Part shown: positions 32,152 through 42,646 of the stretch, piece by piece | Position numbering within the stretch: the first letter of the stretch is position 1 | Layout: every line of letters starts with the position of its first letter | Translations under genes and position numbers: made by a program | Source of the DNA: Savitreella phatthalungensis | Lineage: Eukaryota | Reading direction: 5' to 3' | Assembly (NCBI GenBank): GCA_051599415.1 | Contig: AP039702.1 | Location: 372,001 to 436,000 of the forward strand | Length of the DNA stretch: 64,000 nt | The notes under the pieces: model-generated | The model's input: the letters and a program-made list of their open reading frames with translations, nothing else | Database searches by the model: none | What the model was told of the DNA's origin: nothing

Positions 32152-33342
32152 TTATCTAGATTCACATAATTCACATCCTCGCCTGGTGCTGCATAAGAGC
32201 TACAATAAGCTCTGTTGATAGCGTCTGTGTCAGGATTCGAAATGACTACCACATTGAGTCTCTCAGGTTTTCGAATTGAGACTTGACTGGATCGAGCCAG
32301 GATCTAATTCAACTCGAACGTTGGCGTCTCGACCATACACGACAGAGCTCGCCAAGCGCGTCACACGGTCAATCTAGTCAACTTGCACGAGCAGTCCGAC
32401 TCAGTCGTGGCATGCGATCGGGCCACGCAGTCAAAGATGGAGCCTTCTGCGTTCACGAGATAGATCAAGGATGGTGTAAACTGTTCGAATATTCCGTATG
32501 TTTGCTCTTCCAACCTTGGGTTCCTGCGTGGTATGTGGCAAACTTCCAGACACGGAAGCACAAGGCGTTGCTAATGCTTGCAGGTCAAACCAAACTGAAT
32601 TGAGTGCTGTTCGTAAACTAGCTTGGTGGCATGTGGAACAATCGATAAAGCAGCCACACCCGGGACGATGCTAATCAGCGGTCCTTGATAGTCTCAATGT
32701 GAGATTTGCTTTTGCCGATAGTACCCTCATGATTGTACTATCCACGCGGTCGAGATCATCATTACAGATGATTGGCTGAAAGACCTAAAGCAGGACAGTG
32801 ATTGCATCAAGCACTGGATATGTGCGATCTATTTGCCGCAGAGATAGTGGCCCCTTTCGATTACATAGTACCTCTGCCTCACCGAAGCTTGAGACTACTT
32901 GAGGCATCCCAATCGTCATTTTCAGGCCCGTCACTGACTAATGAATACACAGACCGCAGTCTCAAAGCTCGAGTCATTACAACCCATTTATCAAGCACCC
33001 ACGCAGAGGAGTTGGAGGAACCAAAATTCTGATTACAAAACAACAAAGGTCGAGAGGGTAGTAAGTGTGCAGAGCCGGACCACCGTCGATGCGCTCACAA
33101 CATGGTTCCAGCTGAGGTCGGAATCATTCGTTGCCCGCACATAAGGAATGGCGTACGGAAACTGCGTTCAGCCACCGTCTCGGATGGGCACTAATCAACC
33201 AGCTGAGCTGCACCGGATAGCTCCTAGGAATCAGACGACTCCATGGAGGAAATGCGAACTATTAAGCATAACTGTTTCTACACGATATTACATCATTCCG
33301 TGACTACCGACCAGCCTTTGCTTTCCATGAAAGCTTCCTTAC

Positions 33343-34962
33343 TCACGTCCTCTTCTGCTGCTCTTCCTGGTGCTCCCTCGCGGCTTGCTGAACCGTCATC
33401 TGCGCCTTTTGCCACGTCTGGTTCATGCGCGTACGCAGGCCGGAAAATAGTCCGACAACGAGCGGGTCATCACTATCAGCTGTCGACTTGCTCTTGCCAA
33501 TGTCGCTCTTTTCATCGGCTTCCCACAATTTCCCCAGCTTTTCCGATCCAGCCTGCCAGGTCTTGTAGACCGCAGCTCGAGTATCTTTTGTGCGCTCTTC
33601 AAGCTTCAGATCATGCATGGCCGCGCTTAGGCGGAGCTGAACGTCAGCGAGAGCAAGTGCTGGTGGGGGCCCGTCAAGATGACCCGGGTGCCGAGGTTCA
33701 ACGATGTCGAAGCATTCATCATCGCAGTCTTGCTTCCACAATAAATAATTGCGAGTAAGCTTCCAGGCATCGACAAAGGTGCCTCCGTACTCCGTTACAG
33801 ACGAACTTTCCTCGAGAGGCTCGCCACTGTACTCGTCCCGCTTGACGACGGAAGCGAGTCCAAAGATGTAGCGCTCGAATGCCCCGCGGACATCTTCCTC
33901 AGAAGCCGCAAACGTACGTGTGCTTGGACAATCCGGAAACTGCGGATCCCATGTCTCGTCGACCTGTCGTACATATGACTCAACCCAGCGACGATCCGCC
34001 GGAGTCAATGCAAGCTGGGGCTTGACAACAGGAAGCAAGATCTCGATTGTGTGATCGTCCACGTTTACGAGCACATCACAGTGTTTTTCTTTGTTGTGCA
34101 AGAAGAGCGTGTTGCTAGACCCGATCATGTACGAGGTTGTGGCAACATCCTCTAGTAAGTCAACCTGCTGCAGCGGAGTATACGGACCGAAGAAGCTGCC
34201 TCTATCGAAGGGCTGCAGCGGCATGCCGAGATACTTCAGCAGAGATCGGCGATCGCTTGTTTTCAAGTTCGAAAGACGTCGTCGAGATTTTTGCTCGGAC
34301 TTGCCGAATGTCGGATCAGCGCAGTAGTCAAGCGCTTCCAGTAGACCGGGAATGAGGGACAACACAGCGTACTGTGTAGAACACAAGGCTTCGATGTTTG
34401 AAGTGCCGAAGTAAAGCACTCTCCGTTCTAACAATAAAGCCTTTACCAAAATAAGAACCTTAGACCGGAAATCATGTACAAGCTGTCTGACTGGCATACC
34501 TGTGTATAGCTCCTCTTGTTGCAGCTGAACCTTCGCTACGAGGGACTCGTGGAAGCCAAGGAGGATTTCGCGATCGCCGAAATCGCGTTGGCCAAAGTAG
34601 GCTCGTGTCACAGCGCCGAGCTTCTCCTTCACATGTGGGAATACATGAGGCGTGGTCGTCAGGACTACGACGGCCTTCTGGATCGTGCTACGGGTGACCT
34701 CCGGAGACAGTACCTTGAGTTCTGCAGCTTTGATTTGACGTACGCACGCGATGCCGAACGTCGAAGAGCCTGCATCATTGCGAGTCGTAAAATAAGCATA
34801 GTCTTCTTCTCGTAGGTGCGCACCATCAGGCAAAGCCTGAAAGGGTAAGAGATCCCACGACAGGGGCCGTGGCTCTGACTCTTCTGGACAGCACCACTCA
34901 ATCTCTGGTCCGCGAGCATGATGGAAATCCACTACTAGCACGGCCACAATCGGTGAAGCCAT
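33343..34962 (-). CDS. AVL9: Late secretory pathway protein Avl9 (DENN-related)
   Basis: Start MASPIVAV (ATG 34962); VVDFHHARGPEIE, LPFQALPDGAH, FGIACVRQI, VTRSTIQKAVVV, FGPYTPLQQ, LTPADRRW. Confidence 0.9.
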   Translation of the reverse strand: MASPIVAVLVVDFHHARGPEIEWCCPEESEPRPLSWDLLPFQALPDGAHLREEDYAYFTTRNDAGSSTFGIACVRQIKAAELKVLSPEVTRSTIQKAVVVLTTTPHVFPHVKEKLGAVTRAYFGQRDFGDREILLGFHESLVAKVQLQQEELYTGMPVRQLVHDFRSKVLILVKALLLERRVLYFGTSNIEALCSTQYAVLSLIPGLLEALDYCADPTFGKSEQKSRRRLSNLKTSDRRSLLKYLGMPLQPFDRGSFFGPYTPLQQVDLLEDVATTSYMIGSSNTLFLHNKEKHCDVLVNVDDHTIEILLPVVKPQLALTPADRRWVESYVRQVDETWDPQFPDCPSTRTFAASEEDVRGAFERYIFGLASVVKRDEYSGEPLEESSSVTEYGGTFVDAWKLTRNYLLWKQDCDDECFDIVEPRHPGHLDGPPPALALADVQLRLSAAMHDLKLEERTKDTRAAVYKTWQAGSEKLGKLWEADEKSDIGKSKSTADSDDPLVVGLFSGLRTRMNQTWQKAQMTVQQAAREHQEEQQKRT

Positions 34963-35299
34963 ATCAGAGATCAGAGACACGGAACCGGCGTTCGAGAGCC
35001 ACCGACTATGTCATGTTGACGAAGGTTCGACTCTAACAGGTAACTCAAATCCTGTGATCGCGCGCGTCATGTTACTCGAGATCCCTGTATCAAGCTCTTT
35101 GTGTTCGTGCTTTTTGATTTAGACGAACACCTAGCATTATAATGATAACAATTGAGGCTAGATCATCAGTCAAATTCAAGCCATAATTAGTGGATCGAAA
35201 CCCAGTCCAGTCAAATGAACCAGGAAAGGTCTTCAGAGTATGCGATCGCATGTTATCCTGTAGAAAAGAAACTTTGGCTGCGTTGCAACGTCGATAGAC

Positions 35300-35517
35300 A
35301 TGCTCGGCCTCTTGTCCAGGACAGCGCTATTTGCGCCGCAGCTGACGAGGGGAATGAAGGTACGAACGTCGGTCAAGAGACTTTGTCCGAAATGTGCTAC
35401 AGTGAGAAGGAAAGGCAGGGTATGTCAACCTCGGCAGAAGAGAGACGGTTGACTGACGCGCAATAGGTTTACATCATATGCAAGGACAATCCGAAGCATA
35501 AGCAGCGGCAGGGATGA
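35300..35517 (+). CDS. RTC6: Mitochondrial ribosomal protein bL36m, two exons (35300-35419, 35467-35517)
   Basis: Spliced product MLGLLSRTALFAPQLTRG-MKVRTSVKRLCPKCATVRRKGR|VYIICKDNPKHKQRQG* (56 aa). The 47-nt intron has a GTATGT donor, CTGAC branch site (35453) and TAG acceptor. Confidence 0.95.
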
Positions 35518-35576
35518 CTGCAAATACATAGTTTCACGCTGACGACTCACGAATAAAAGCTTTGAATTCCAACTTC

Positions 35577-36647
35577 CTATTCTGCAGTTGTGGTACCTGC
35601 TTGCTCATCAATACCATCCACATTGTGGAAGTCGAGGATTTCACTGTACATCATGACCTTCCATGTGTCAACAGGGAGCTCAGCGTCATTAAATGACCAG
35701 TCGAAAGCTGCGTCTGCGGATGGCTCATCAGTCGGGTCGTGGTAGGGCGCGAGATATTCGTGCTCAAGAGCCTGTGTTGCCGTGATGCGTTTGCGGGGGT
35801 CGAAAACGAGCATTTTTTCCAGCAGGTCGATGGCTGATGGATCTGCGTTGCAGAACTTCTGAGCGAAGGGCACGCGCTCGCGCTTTGGCAGCGACTGTAC
35901 GAAGCGCAATGTGTTCTCACTGCAGATTGTGTGAATGACGTCGTCCGGTGGTGTGCCAAGCAGCTCTGTAATAATGGAGAACTGGTTGACGTGGTCTTTG
36001 CCAGGGAAGAGTGGCTTTCCTTCCAACATTTCCGCGAAGATGCAGCCCGCGGACCAGATGTCGACCTCGACATCGTACTTTTGCCAGGTAAGCATGATCT
36101 CCGGCGCTCGGTAGTAGCGCGTCGAGACATAGCCAGTCATTTGTGGGTCCTGAATACGCGCCAAACCGAAATCGCAGATTTTCAAGTCGCAATTCTCGTT
36201 GATGAGGATGTTGGAAGGTTTTAAGTCGCGGTGGACAACGCCGGCCGAGTGCACATACTTCAGTCCTCGCAGAATCTGATAGAGAAAGTACTGAATGAAT
36301 TGTTTCTCCAGTGGTCTCGACGTCAGTAGTCGGTGTAGATCGGTGCCGAGGAGCTCAGTCACGAAATAGATGTCTTCGAGAGGGGAAATGAAGATGTCGC
36401 TGAGCGAGATCACATTCTCATGTCTGAGGTGCTTGAGAAGCTTGAGCTCACGGTACGTCCGCTTCGACAAGACCGGAGTGCTGAAGGGCTTCATGATCTT
36501 CTTGATCGCAACTGACTGACCGGTGAGCTCGTCGCGCGCGGAACATACCAGGCCGAAGGCACCCATACCAACAGGTTGAAGATCAACATAACGAGAAGTT
36601 ATCTCGAATGTCGTGCCAAAGATCTGCGCGCGCACAAATTCAGCCAT
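35577..36647 (-). CDS. HOG1: Stress-activated MAP kinase Hog1/Sty1
   Basis: [23 protein letters not shown] activation loop ([10 protein letters not shown]); single exon. Confidence 0.98.
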   Translation of the reverse strand: MAEFVRAQIFGTTFEITSRYVDLQPVGMGAFGLVCSARDELTGQSVAIKKIMKPFSTPVLSKRTYRELKLLKHLRHENVISLSDIFISPLEDIYFVTELLGTDLHRLLTSRPLEKQFIQYFLYQILRGLKYVHSAGVVHRDLKPSNILINENCDLKICDFGLARIQDPQMTGYVSTRYYRAPEIMLTWQKYDVEVDIWSAGCIFAEMLEGKPLFPGKDHVNQFSIITELLGTPPDDVIHTICSENTLRFVQSLPKRERVPFAQKFCNADPSAIDLLEKMLVFDPRKRITATQALEHEYLAPYHDPTDEPSADAAFDWSFNDAELPVDTWKVMMYSEILDFHNVDGIDEQAGTTTAE

Positions 36648-37693
36648 GGTCCTATCAAAGGTGCGACGTCAGAACCTCACAAAAAACAGCCCAGGACCGA
36701 AGATGGATGTGTAGGCGACAATTTGAGGGGATGAGGTGAATCACAAACGATCAAAGAGTACCTTGCTGCGTGGTCGTCGCCGTCGGCCGATGCTGCTGCA
36801 AGCGGCCACAGGAAGTGTTGCGTATGGTCACAGCAATTCGGATCGTTCATTCAGTGTCATTCAGTCCGATGTCCCACCAACCGAGTAGTGCGATCGATGC
36901 AAGGATGAATTCACGATCGAGCACAAATTGAAAATCCATTTCAGTATTTCATTCCACATGAGCGATTCATTGCGATTCATAGATGAACAGCATTTTCGCA
37001 CTGATTGCGATCCGTCAGTGCTGGAGGTGTTACTCATTGGCCTGAAGCTTGAATATGCAAGCGGTAAATGGTCAAAGAGGTCCAATCAAATTGGCTCTTA
37101 CACTCAACAAATCGGACGGATTCCAGCATCCGTTCTAGGATCCCTATTTGTCCGAGCATTACATTCATGCTTCCACAGATACACCAATTGCTTGGTGACG
37201 TCGTCTCTGATTCGCTTCTACGCAATATAGAGCCTTTCGATCTTATCCATGTTGTTTAAACTGATCCCAGATAGACTTCTTCGTGTTATAGTGCTTTGGA
37301 TAGCACGAGCCTCATATGGGAGCTGAGCTATGAAACAGGGCTCACAACGATTTGGCTAAGGCTGAGTAGGAACAATCATGTCCAGGTGTATCAATGAATA
37401 TTTGACCCGAATCCTGGCACAGGGCTTCCAGGATGTCCCAGATTCTTTTCCGAAGTGTTTTGCGCCACTCAGCATCGGAAATAAGCTGTAGACCAACGTG
37501 AGATTCAGCCAATCCCGTGCTTGTGGGTCAATCGAAGCACGGCGTTCCCAAGGAATGTGGTTACACGAGAGAATGTGAGACGCGCTTTACTCTGTAGCAG
37601 GTCTCATCATCGCGACGCGAGCCATATCTGGGGATCTGTGGTTGACAGACTATGCGAACGTAACAAATCACAAGATCTCGGAAGTCGGACACT

Positions 37694-38509
37694 ATGTCGA
37701 CTCCGCAGCCAAGATGGTGTGCTGTCAAACGTAGGCGCGTTGCCATTCACGAGCGGCTCAGCCTCAGTGAAGATCGTGATGGGCGTGCAGCAGCTCGCAG
37801 ATCCGGTAGACTGCAAGCGTTGAAGCGCACCACTATTTTTGTCATGGTCAGCAGACCGTTGCAGCTACGCAGTGCAGGCACTGTCGTGAGTCTTCGCGGC
37901 GCGCTCCAGCAATCGCCCGCTCTAACGACCACGGGCAGCAGCGCGGCCATAGGTTCGCTATCCTCCCTTGTGCGGGCAGCGCACTCGCCTTCCAAGTATG
38001 TATTATGCAGCGCTCACGAACATGCCAGCCGCAGACGGCAACGACTTAGTGCGAAGGGCGCGGCGCGGCGAATTTCCTGCCGGCAGGAAATGATGAGCAT
38101 AATCGACGCAGTCATGACTGAGAGCCCACACAAGGTTGCTTCGCTACAGAAGGCTACAGGCAAGCGAGAGGCTGGCCTACTTGAAGGAGATTTCGATGCC
38201 GACGTCGTCGCACATCGGCGGCGGTCGCGTTTCGATGTGGACGAGATCGTTACGACACCGTGTGCACATGTATTCTCATCCACCGAGCTGCCTGTTCTTG
38301 AACCTTGTGTTCCTCGGACCTGGTCCCAACTAACGCGCGTTCGGAACGTTGCGAAATCGGCATTGAAGACACCGCGCTCAGCGCTCTCATCGTCTGTGTC
38401 GTCTACTTACAGCCGTGCATCCCGCCGCTATGGTGTGCTCTTCGACTGTCTTGCTTTCCGACCTTTGGAACTCGACCTTATAAAAATGCATGACTTGTGT
38501 AGTAATTGA
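37694..38509 (+). CDS. Hypothetical protein (may be spurious or spliced)
   Basis: 271-codon ATG-initiated ORF in otherwise empty space; no recognisable motif; possible GTATGT donor at 37996. Confidence 0.3.
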   Translation: MSTPQPRWCAVKRRRVAIHERLSLSEDRDGRAAARRSGRLQALKRTTIFVMVSRPLQLRSAGTVVSLRGALQQSPALTTTGSSAAIGSLSSLVRAAHSPSKYVLCSAHEHASRRRQRLSAKGAARRISCRQEMMSIIDAVMTESPHKVASLQKATGKREAGLLEGDFDADVVAHRRRSRFDVDEIVTTPCAHVFSSTELPVLEPCVPRTWSQLTRVRNVAKSALKTPRSALSSSVSSTYSRASRRYGVLFDCLAFRPLELDLIKMHDLCSN

Positions 38510-38555
38510 TCATCAGGCTGCGAATACTGAGGACATCAAAGTGCGCACATCCCCG

Positions 38556-39986
38556 ATGGACTTGCATCGTTCCGTAGTAGAGCGCAAGCTCCAAACCCAG
38601 TCCACTGCTTCAAGACCAGGATCCAAGCATGGCTCTCGCGGTGGTTCACGCGCCGGCAGCGCGTACGCTACGGACGACGAGCTGGAAGATGACAATTTGA
38701 GTAGCGCGTCTTTCGACTCATTTGACGAACCTGATGGCAAGCCTGCCTCGACCTCGGGCTGGGAGGAAGGACTCGGCATCGCGATAGAGGGTCTTTTAGA
38801 GCGCAAAGGGCTCAGCCAGGAATCTCGCGAGAAAAGTTTACAAACCAGTTGCGCGGGACTCGCCATGCACTACGCCCCGTCTAAAGTGAGACCACTTTGT
38901 GGAACTCTCACAAGAGCTGTGCTGAAGATGCTTCAGCGCGCACGAAGCGAGAGAGAAGCTGTCCTGTGCTGTCGCCTGATAGCTCTCCTGGGAATCACTT
39001 TGCCTGACGAAACAGACGAAATATTCTCACCCGCTATGTCAATGCTCCGGCAGACTGTGCGTGATTCTACCTATTCTGCCGCAAAAGTCGCTGCTCTCTT
39101 CGCTCTGACTGCCCTGACCCTGATACTCGCCGATGACGAGGAAGCACGAGAATTAATGGACTTTGGACAGGAGATTGTCGAGGGCGATGGCCACACCATC
39201 GGCGCTCCTGACGATCCCACCGTCGTTGCCGCAGCACTTGACGCCATAGCAGTGGCGTGCAGCCAACTCAATAATTTGACCGATGCACAGCTCGTTCTGC
39301 CATGTTGCGTTGACCAGCTCGAGTCCATTGATGCATTTGTGCGACAGGCTGCAGGTGAGGCAATCGCCCTGTGCTTCGAGGTGTGCGCAGTAGACACATC
39401 TGACGAGGACACAATGAGATCATATCAGGAAGATCCGCCCTACGAGGATCTACGTCGACTTACACAACTACTCGAACAGCTTGCAACGGCAAGTTCCAAA
39501 CGCCAGAGCAAGACCTCGCGCCGAGAGCAACATGCGGTCTTTCGGGCAGTCGCTGCGACAGTCTCCGATCCCTCGATCGCAGCGGCGAATGCTCCGGCAG
39601 TGACCTTGCGCTTTGGCCTGTCAGCCGGCTCCCGATGCGTCCTATTCGCGACCACTTGGGCTCAGCTGGCCCGACTCGCGCTCTTGCGCAGGCTGATGGG
39701 CAGCGGCTTGCAAGCGCATCTGCGTCGAAATGGCGCCGTGCGTGCATTGTTGGGCTACGAAGGACCACATCCGGGGCTATATGCGGAAGGGGTGCCGCCG
39801 GAGGAGCAATCGCTGGAGGAAAATGGGAGCGAGTCGACAAGCGCAAGTGCGCTGGATGCGATGTCAAAAGATCTTCGTGTCAGCATCAACCAGGAGATTC
39901 GCAAGCAGCGCCACCGAGAACGTGGACAGGCTCGAAAGGAGAAGACTATGGAGTCCAGCTGGACTGCTGATGATTTCAACGAGTAA
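38556..39986 (+). CDS. IFRD (interferon-related developmental regulator) domain protein
   Basis: Start MDLHRS (ATG 38556); SRxGS repeats plus an acidic N-terminus; helical-repeat core with QLESIDAFVRQAAGEAIALCFE, LATASSKRQSKTSRREQHAVFR, TWAQ...LMGSGLQAHLRRN. Confidence 0.78.
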   Translation: MDLHRSVVERKLQTQSTASRPGSKHGSRGGSRAGSAYATDDELEDDNLSSASFDSFDEPDGKPASTSGWEEGLGIAIEGLLERKGLSQESREKSLQTSCAGLAMHYAPSKVRPLCGTLTRAVLKMLQRARSEREAVLCCRLIALLGITLPDETDEIFSPAMSMLRQTVRDSTYSAAKVAALFALTALTLILADDEEARELMDFGQEIVEGDGHTIGAPDDPTVVAAALDAIAVACSQLNNLTDAQLVLPCCVDQLESIDAFVRQAAGEAIALCFEVCAVDTSDEDTMRSYQEDPPYEDLRRLTQLLEQLATASSKRQSKTSRREQHAVFRAVAATVSDPSIAAANAPAVTLRFGLSAGSRCVLFATTWAQLARLALLRRLMGSGLQAHLRRNGAVRALLGYEGPHPGLYAEGVPPEEQSLEENGSESTSASALDAMSKDLRVSINQEIRKQRHRERGQARKEKTMESSWTADDFNE

Positions 39987-39987
39987 A

Positions 39988-41166
39988 CTAATTCGCAAAC
40001 CTTCGATGTCGCAGAAATGCGTCGCTCAAGAAGCCGTGACCAGAGTCTGTGACACGGAACATCTCGAGGCCAATGCCGCCAGGTCTGTATCTCAACCTCC
40101 AGGTGCCCTCATGGCAGTTGTCCTTCTTGATGGATGCTATCACCCACTTGAGAGCGTCTCCTGCAAAGTTGATGCAGACGTTACCGTCCCAATGGGTGAG
40201 GCCGGGGATCTTGAGCGTCTCGAATTCCTCCTCACCCACTAAGATGCCATCCCGCGATCTAAACCCGACGCGAATGCGAGGCACCCCAAGAAGAAAGCTC
40301 TGTGCCCAAAACTTGAGCAATTTCGACTCTTCAAAAACGCTACGGTCCCGCGGCGAGGCGATAACCTTCGATGTCTTGAGTTCCAAGTAGCGACCAAGCG
40401 GATCCTCGCTGGCGTACATCGTGGCTGACGGCGGTCGAATGACGAACTCATCATCAGAGGTTGCGACAATTGGTGGTTGCGGATCTGGCTTGTAGTCGAT
40501 GGCACAATCAACTTCTCCACCGAGTACCAGTGAGACAGGGCCGAGGCGAGTTCGCACAACAGATATATATTGCACATTGGTGTTCACCTCTCGTGCAGCG
40601 CGACTCTCGATCTCGCCACGCGTCGTGTGAGGCCAGGTCCGCGGAATCGTCGACAGACCTTCGTATCTGTATCCCCAGTACATCGCGCGTTGCTGAATAG
40701 GATCTGCTTCCCGTGATGCTTTCTTCAGGCGTGTCTGATCATCAACGTGATCCTCCAAATAAAGCGTACCTTCTAGAAGCGTCGCATTGAGCTCAAAGCC
40801 ATCCTGGAATTTGGACTGGCGATGTAGCTCATAAGGCAGGGTCAGGAGACGCGTAACGATGCCGCGCCAGCAGACCACGTCGACGTCTCGCGTCCTTCGA
40901 TCTTCCGGATGCTCTTCTTCGTACCGCACAATTGCTGCAAGCAAACCATCGAGATGCTCAACCACTGACTCATCGCGCCGGATATATCGATCAGTATACC
41001 CAACTGAAAGGTCAGCATCTTTGTCGGCGGGCCAAAAGAAAGACAGCGAGCGATCGTCGTGATGCAATAGGCGTTGATCGTCGTAGGAGAAGCTACAAAG
41101 TTCGACTGGCTTGCGGAACAGCGAGGCCTTCGTATATCGATCAAGCGGCTGGACCGGAAAGCTCAT
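39988..41166 (-). CDS. RAI1: Decapping/deNADding nuclease Rai1/DXO (Din1)
   Basis: ELCSFSYD, VCWRG, MYWGYRYE, GGEVDC, YLELKTS, KLLKFWAQSFLLGVPRIRVGFR. Confidence 0.93.
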   Translation of the reverse strand: MSFPVQPLDRYTKASLFRKPVELCSFSYDDQRLLHHDDRSLSFFWPADKDADLSVGYTDRYIRRDESVVEHLDGLLAAIVRYEEEHPEDRRTRDVDVVCWRGIVTRLLTLPYELHRQSKFQDGFELNATLLEGTLYLEDHVDDQTRLKKASREADPIQQRAMYWGYRYEGLSTIPRTWPHTTRGEIESRAAREVNTNVQYISVVRTRLGPVSLVLGGEVDCAIDYKPDPQPPIVATSDDEFVIRPPSATMYASEDPLGRYLELKTSKVIASPRDRSVFEESKLLKFWAQSFLLGVPRIRVGFRSRDGILVGEEEFETLKIPGLTHWDGNVCINFAGDALKWVIASIKKDNCHEGTWRLRYRPGGIGLEMFRVTDSGHGFLSDAFLRHRRFAN

Positions 41167-41244
41167 ATGAGCATACAGTCTGGCTCATCTTAAACCCCAA
41201 GGCGTTTTTCATAGTGATATAGTTTGATCACCTCATTTAATTTG

Positions 41245-41250
41245 TATATA
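41245..41250 (+). promoter_or_regulatory. TATA element of the U6 (Pol III) gene
   Basis: TATATA about 29 nt upstream of the inferred U6 5' G at 41274. Confidence 0.55.
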
Positions 41251-41273
41251 TTGGTAAAAAAATTTTCCGATTT

Positions 41274-41392
41274 GCCGCTCGGCTTTCGTGGTCGAGCTGG
41301 CATTTGGTCAATTGAAACAAAACAGAGAAGATTAGCATGGTCCCAGCACATGGATGACACTGCGAAGCAAAAGACTAAACCCGTTTTTTTTT
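41274..41392 (+). ncRNA. SNR6: U6 spliceosomal snRNA (intronless)
   Basis: 5' stem-loop (GCTCGGC/GTCGAGC), A-box-like TGGTCAATTG, ACAGAGA box (41322-41328), GATTAGC with the AGC triad, ISL ATGGTCCCAGCACATGGATGACAC, and a 9-T Pol III terminator at 41384-41392. The 5' end is inferred. Confidence 0.95.
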
Positions 41393-41655
41393 GTTTCCCT
41401 CTCTGTTCACCTTGATGGCCGTCCTGATGAACGGGCAGCCGTTAGACATCGAACCGGCGTCGTCATGATCCTCATTCAGGGCACGTTCGTAGACGTCACC
41501 ACTTTCTGGAGATCTGAGTCACATTGCACACACGTTCTTCTTGGATGCGCTGCTATTTACGCGTGTTCGAATTTTGCATGAGACTCGAAATCTGAACTTT
41601 CAAATTTCTCTGATGAAATTACGCTTGATCACGGGGATCTTGGACTCACACTACT

Positions 41656-42153
41656 TTAGTGAGACTTGGCCTCACGCTTTAGGGCCTCGCTAGGCGTACT
41701 CGCCTTCGTGTACTTGAGCGTAACGGGACGAATGACCTTCTGATAGACCAGGACTGCGCCCTCGAATTGCGGCAGGACTAGCCAGAGCAGGAAGACCGTC
41801 TTAATTAGAAAATAGAAAGGCATCCAGTAGAGGATAGTGTTAGACCAGTATTCGACAATCGTCAAAAGTCCGTACACTACCCAGTACGTCAGCATCTTGG
41901 TATCGTCCGCACCTCCTGCGGTTTCGATAGCCCGCAGAGAGTAGTAAGTCGGCAAAGCGACGCCTGCAAGATTTGAGAGGAGCTGACCACCCCAGTTCAT
42001 GAAGATGAAGAAGATGTACAAAAGTCCAACTCCCAGAATTGCGTATACCTTGGGCACACCAGATCGTTGCTCGAGGCGCTGCAATTGCGGAAACTTGGAC
42101 AGCTCCTTATCGAGATTCGAGACGTGAGCCTGGAATTTGTCCTGGAACGACAT
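41656..42153 (-). CDS. YOP1: ER membrane-shaping protein Yop1 (DP1/REEP family)
   Basis: LDKELSKFPQLQRLEQRSGVPKVY, SLRAIET...DDTKMLTYWVVYG, WMPFYFLIK..FLLWL.LPQFEGA. Confidence 0.95.
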   Translation of the reverse strand: MSFQDKFQAHVSNLDKELSKFPQLQRLEQRSGVPKVYAILGVGLLYIFFIFMNWGGQLLSNLAGVALPTYYSLRAIETAGGADDTKMLTYWVVYGLLTIVEYWSNTILYWMPFYFLIKTVFLLWLVLPQFEGAVLVYQKVIRPVTLKYTKASTPSEALKREAKSH

Positions 42154-42646
42154 TGCTATAGGTCTTTGGCGATTTCGTTGATTCCTTATCGTCTGGAGAA
42201 GATTCTTGTCGTGTGCACTGCTACTTGAGGTGCGTCATCGGCACGTCGACGATTGAAATCTCCCATTGCTGGAGCCCGTGCGAGCTTGCATGCACACTGT
42301 CTCTCCTCGCGCTCCACACAGATGTGGAATTTGCGCACGTATCGAGATCGAATAATGATATTTCTTCACAGGCTGCAGATACAAGATTTCAACCGCCTCA
42401 TGTTACTCAGAAGAGCCACATGGATAACTGCTGCTTCGACGCAAACATACCCATACGGTCTCATGCAAGTTCGGCTTCCATGTAAATGCTTAAGCTATGC
42501 AGCTGTTATTGGCGGCGTCACATCTTGGCTCGTTAAAGCAGCATCAGCACCATGCTCTAGCCTGTTGTTTACCGATTAACCTCAAAGCGAGCCGGTGTCA
42601 GTCAATGTTTACATCTTACTATGCTGGTCTGAGTCTATGTGCAGGA

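Noticed and set aside
35015..35040. GGTTCGACTC resembling a tRNA T-loop/B box
   Set aside because: The flanks (GAAGG / CTAAC) cannot form a T-stem and no cloverleaf is present.
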